NCBI GenBank assembly: GCA_963833125.1
Contig: CAWHWX010000019.1
Location: 96,001-160,000 of the forward strand
Direction of reading: 5' to 3'
From: Candidatus Bathyarchaeota archaeon
Lineage (GTDB): Archaea > Thermoproteota > Bathyarchaeia > 40CM-2-53-6
Length of the DNA stretch: 64,000 nt
Every line of letters starts with the position of its first letter. Position 1 is the first letter of the stretch. The notes beneath the pieces were generated by a model, which made no database searches, was not told where the DNA came from, and saw only the letters and a program-made list of their open reading frames with translations. Below are positions 61,985-64,000 of the stretch, piece after piece. Both the position numbers and the translations under genes were made by a program.

Positions 61985-62065
61985 TTGGCGCCGAAACGCA
62001 AAGTTAGGATGAAATTAGGTACTGAACACGACAAAAACATAAAACAAGAGGAACAAGTAGCTTAA
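61985..62065 (+). CDS. 26-aa microprotein with its own promoter, SD and terminator
   Basis: TTAAATA 61928, GGAGGTG 61971, TTG start, MAPKRKVRMKLGTEHDKNIKQEEQVA*. Confidence 0.55.
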   Translation: MAPKRKVRMKLGTEHDKNIKQEEQVA

Positions 62066-62069
62066 CCCT

Positions 62070-62108
62070 ATCACGGGCGGCTAAGTGTTTCCGCCCTGAT
62101 TTTCTTTA
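62070..62108 (+). terminator. Hairpin plus T-tract terminator
   Basis: ATCA-C-GGGCGG-N10-CCGCCC-TGAT then TTTCTTT. Confidence 0.6.
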
Positions 62109-62206
62109 TTCCTTGCCTTTGGTTTTTCCTGGGTGTCATCTGAGAGTGAGGCTCACGAAGTCAACTATTGGCCACGATCCAAGGCGTGCTCTGAATTGAA
62201 GATCAG

Positions 62207-62440
62207 CTAAGGAGTGCTCCGTTTAGTTGGTTCAATTCCCCATCGTATCTTATTCCAAATTCGTTCATGCACGAAGTACGCAACCGTCGTGTACAGATTG
62301 CTAATTACCATAAACCCCAGTGCGACATCGACTTGTCGTGTGAGGATGTAAATTACGGAGAAGTCTAGTACGATAATCACGGCTCTGTAGGTGAGAGCCT
62401 TAACTACAGACCGCTTGGTTGTTCTGCCGAGGTCCATCAT
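62207..62440 (-). CDS. DUF2061 family small membrane protein
   Basis: RSVVKALTYR, YFVHERIWNKIRWG. Confidence 0.85.
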   Translation of the reverse strand: MMDLGRTTKRSVVKALTYRAVIIVLDFSVIYILTRQVDVALGFMVISNLYTTVAYFVHERIWNKIRWGIEPTKRSTP

Positions 62441-62714
62441 TCCTTACCAGTGAAGACGTTCTGCAGCCGCGCATTTTGAATTATCGTTGGCAGCAACAAT
62501 AAGGAATCCCCGCCAATACGTGAATACCATTGCGTGTTACTCGCAATCCGCACCTTAATCGCGTACGGGCTAGCTGGAAGAAAAACACGAAACTGAACCG
62601 TGTCATGTTGGGGACTTGTATCAGTCCAAATCAATTCCGCAGAAGGTAACAGAACCCGTCAGTAAGCCTGGATATGAGTAACAGGCTTGGGGTCATCGTC
62701 GTAGCAGAAAAATT

Positions 62715-62897
62715 CTAAGCTGCTCTATTATGCTTCTTGTAGTTGACTGATTTCTTAACTTGATCGCCTATGTTCTTGCTTTGTTTAGTGAGCATCTTAC
62801 GATTCTTAGGGCTTGAAGCCCAAAGACTTACAATTGCTCCAACAGTTGCTGCAACAAGAGCGATGGCGACTCCTTTAGATTTTCCGTTCATTCTCAT
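62715..62897 (-). CDS. Small YtxH-like single-TM protein
   Basis: A..GAIVSLWASSPKNRK.L; GGAGG SD upstream. Confidence 0.5.
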   Translation of the reverse strand: MRMNGKSKGVAIALVAATVGAIVSLWASSPKNRKMLTKQSKNIGDQVKKSVNYKKHNRAA

Positions 62898-63059
62898 TTC
62901 CCTCCTACCAAACAATCTACACCAACACACTTAAGGTGCTAAGTCGGAAATCGACCAACGCCATTTGCCGAGTTTCTAGTAAAAGACCTGAACCCGACTT
63001 TTGCGCGCGGACTGAGGCTGAGGTCTATTGCGAGAAGAAACAACTTGCTTTAGCTGCAT

Positions 63060-63368
63060 GAGCGTAACATTCGATTTGGTGGAGAGATTCACAACAATAA
63101 GATGGAACGGATGAACGGAGAAATCCGTGACCGAGAAAAGGTGGTTAGAGGGCTAAAGCGTGAAGATAGTCCACTGATTGAGGGAATGAGAATCTACCAT
63201 AACTACGTTCGGCCACACATGGGCTTAGACGGAAAAACCCCTATCAACTTAGCAGGGATTCAAGTCGAGGGTAACGATAAGTGGTTGACTCTGATTCAGA
63301 ACGCAAAGCAAGAGCAAGACCTCTGCGAAGGTTTAAACCTGTACGTGCCGCTCACTGTTAGGGTTTAA
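63060..63368 (+). mobile_element. C-terminal remnant of an archaeal DDE transposase (IS6/integrase-core-like)
   Basis: HNNKMERMNGEIRDREK..RGLK, YHNYVRPHMGLDGKTP; N-terminal part absent. Confidence 0.8.
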
Positions 63369-63487
63369 TTGGGTTGTCGAAGCGAGCCGCGTTAATAGAA
63401 AGAAAAAAAAGAAAAAAAAAGACCGTTAGCGAAACGGACCGCAAAGTACATTAATTCTTACGGCTTGGACGGGTTGGGGTGTAGCTG

Positions 63488-64000
63488 CTGCGTCGAAGCG
63501 GAGTGTGTTTACTCAGTCTAACTCTACTCTTACTGTTCGGGTCGTTTGCAGTGGTCCAAACTGTAAACGCGTCCGGGACACTTGACCAACAGCAAACAAA
63601 CGAATCTGTGGAAATCAATGTATTACACGGCGGCCTATCTTTAGCGCAGACATTCACCGCTGGGTTAACTGGCACGTTGACGGAAGTTGACCTTGCCATC
63701 TCTTGTTTCAACGTCTCTGACTGTCCAACTTCGAGTTTGACGGTTCAAATATTCTCAGGTACACCTCCCGGAACTGGACCATTGGGTTCACAGACTATAA
63801 GCGGTTCAACAATACCTCTTGTTAATAGTCCTCCATTTACCGTCATCACCTTCAGCATCCCTATTGTGGCTGGAAACATCTACTCAATTATCCTTACATC
63901 GAGCCCCAGTGGGAATACTGCGTTTCAAGTGTGGGGTAGCAAATCAAACCCCTATGCTGCTGGAGATTCATACCATAACAACGGCGGAGGTTGGGCTCTC
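63488..64000 (+). CDS. Secreted beta-sandwich surface protein, runs off window end; not in ORF track
   Basis: 171 open codons (M)RRSGVCLLSLTLLLLFGSFAVVQTVNA|SGTLDQQQ...AQTFTAGLTGTL...NPYAAG; CTG start behind GGGGTG. Confidence 0.75.
   Translation, partial: MRRSGVCLLSLTLLLLFGSFAVVQTVNASGTLDQQQTNESVEINVLHGGLSLAQTFTAGLTGTLTEVDLAISCFNVSDCPTSSLTVQIFSGTPPGTGPLGSQTISGSTIPLVNSPPFTVITFSIPIVAGNIYSIILTSSPSGNTAFQVWGSKSNPYAAGDSYHNNGGGWAL

Noticed and set aside
63398-63421. Poly-A tract as a retroelement tail
   Set aside because: More simply a minus-strand T-rich terminator or low-complexity tract beside the IS remnant; no reverse transcriptase or target-site duplication seen
63451-63711. 86-aa minus-strand ORF from the track
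   Set aside because: Shadow of the plus-strand secreted protein starting at about 63488

Overview
Chromosomal window from an archaeon, most likely a TACK lineage such as Bathyarchaeia (inferred from eL14/eL34/eS4, DUF106, MEMO1 after rps2 and a PEF-CTERM protein). Positions 1-13.2 kb hold the spc-like ribosomal cluster (rnp1 to rps5, an inserted divergent kbl/tdh pair, rpl15-secY-adk-DUF106-rpl34e-cmk-rpl14e-cbf5) and tRNA-Ser(GGA). Positions 13.2-43.2 kb are an accessory block: a peptide-family ABC importer with amino-sugar-like catabolic enzymes, a ~1470 aa PEF-CTERM surface protein, and a polyphosphate/phosphate locus. Positions 43.2-48.3 kb are the alpha/S9/S2 cluster, 48.3-60.5 kb a mevalonate and ether-lipid cluster ending in gltX, and 60.5-64 kb small genes, an IS remnant and a secreted protein. 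Main observations: (1) a 19-nt bulge-helix-bulge intron splits the catalytic Asp codon of cbf5; (2) the tRNA-Ser carries two introns; (3) an apparently fused double thymidylate-kinase-like protein (candidate family-3 polyphosphate kinase) is co-transcribed with Ppx, a very basic small ORF and a CHAD-SixA fusion; (4) uS8, uL18, uL30 and uS11 are cleanly absent from their usual positions; (5) ERG8-like PMK plus diphosphomevalonate decarboxylase and class II HMGR suggest the classical mevalonate route; (6) there are ACG/CTG start codons, a structured rpoD leader, a phased palindrome array and several unannotated microproteins. About 20 genes, including essential ones, carry 1-2 nt frameshifts that look like unpolished long-read errors rather than pseudogenes. 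All calls are by eye; no database searches were run.
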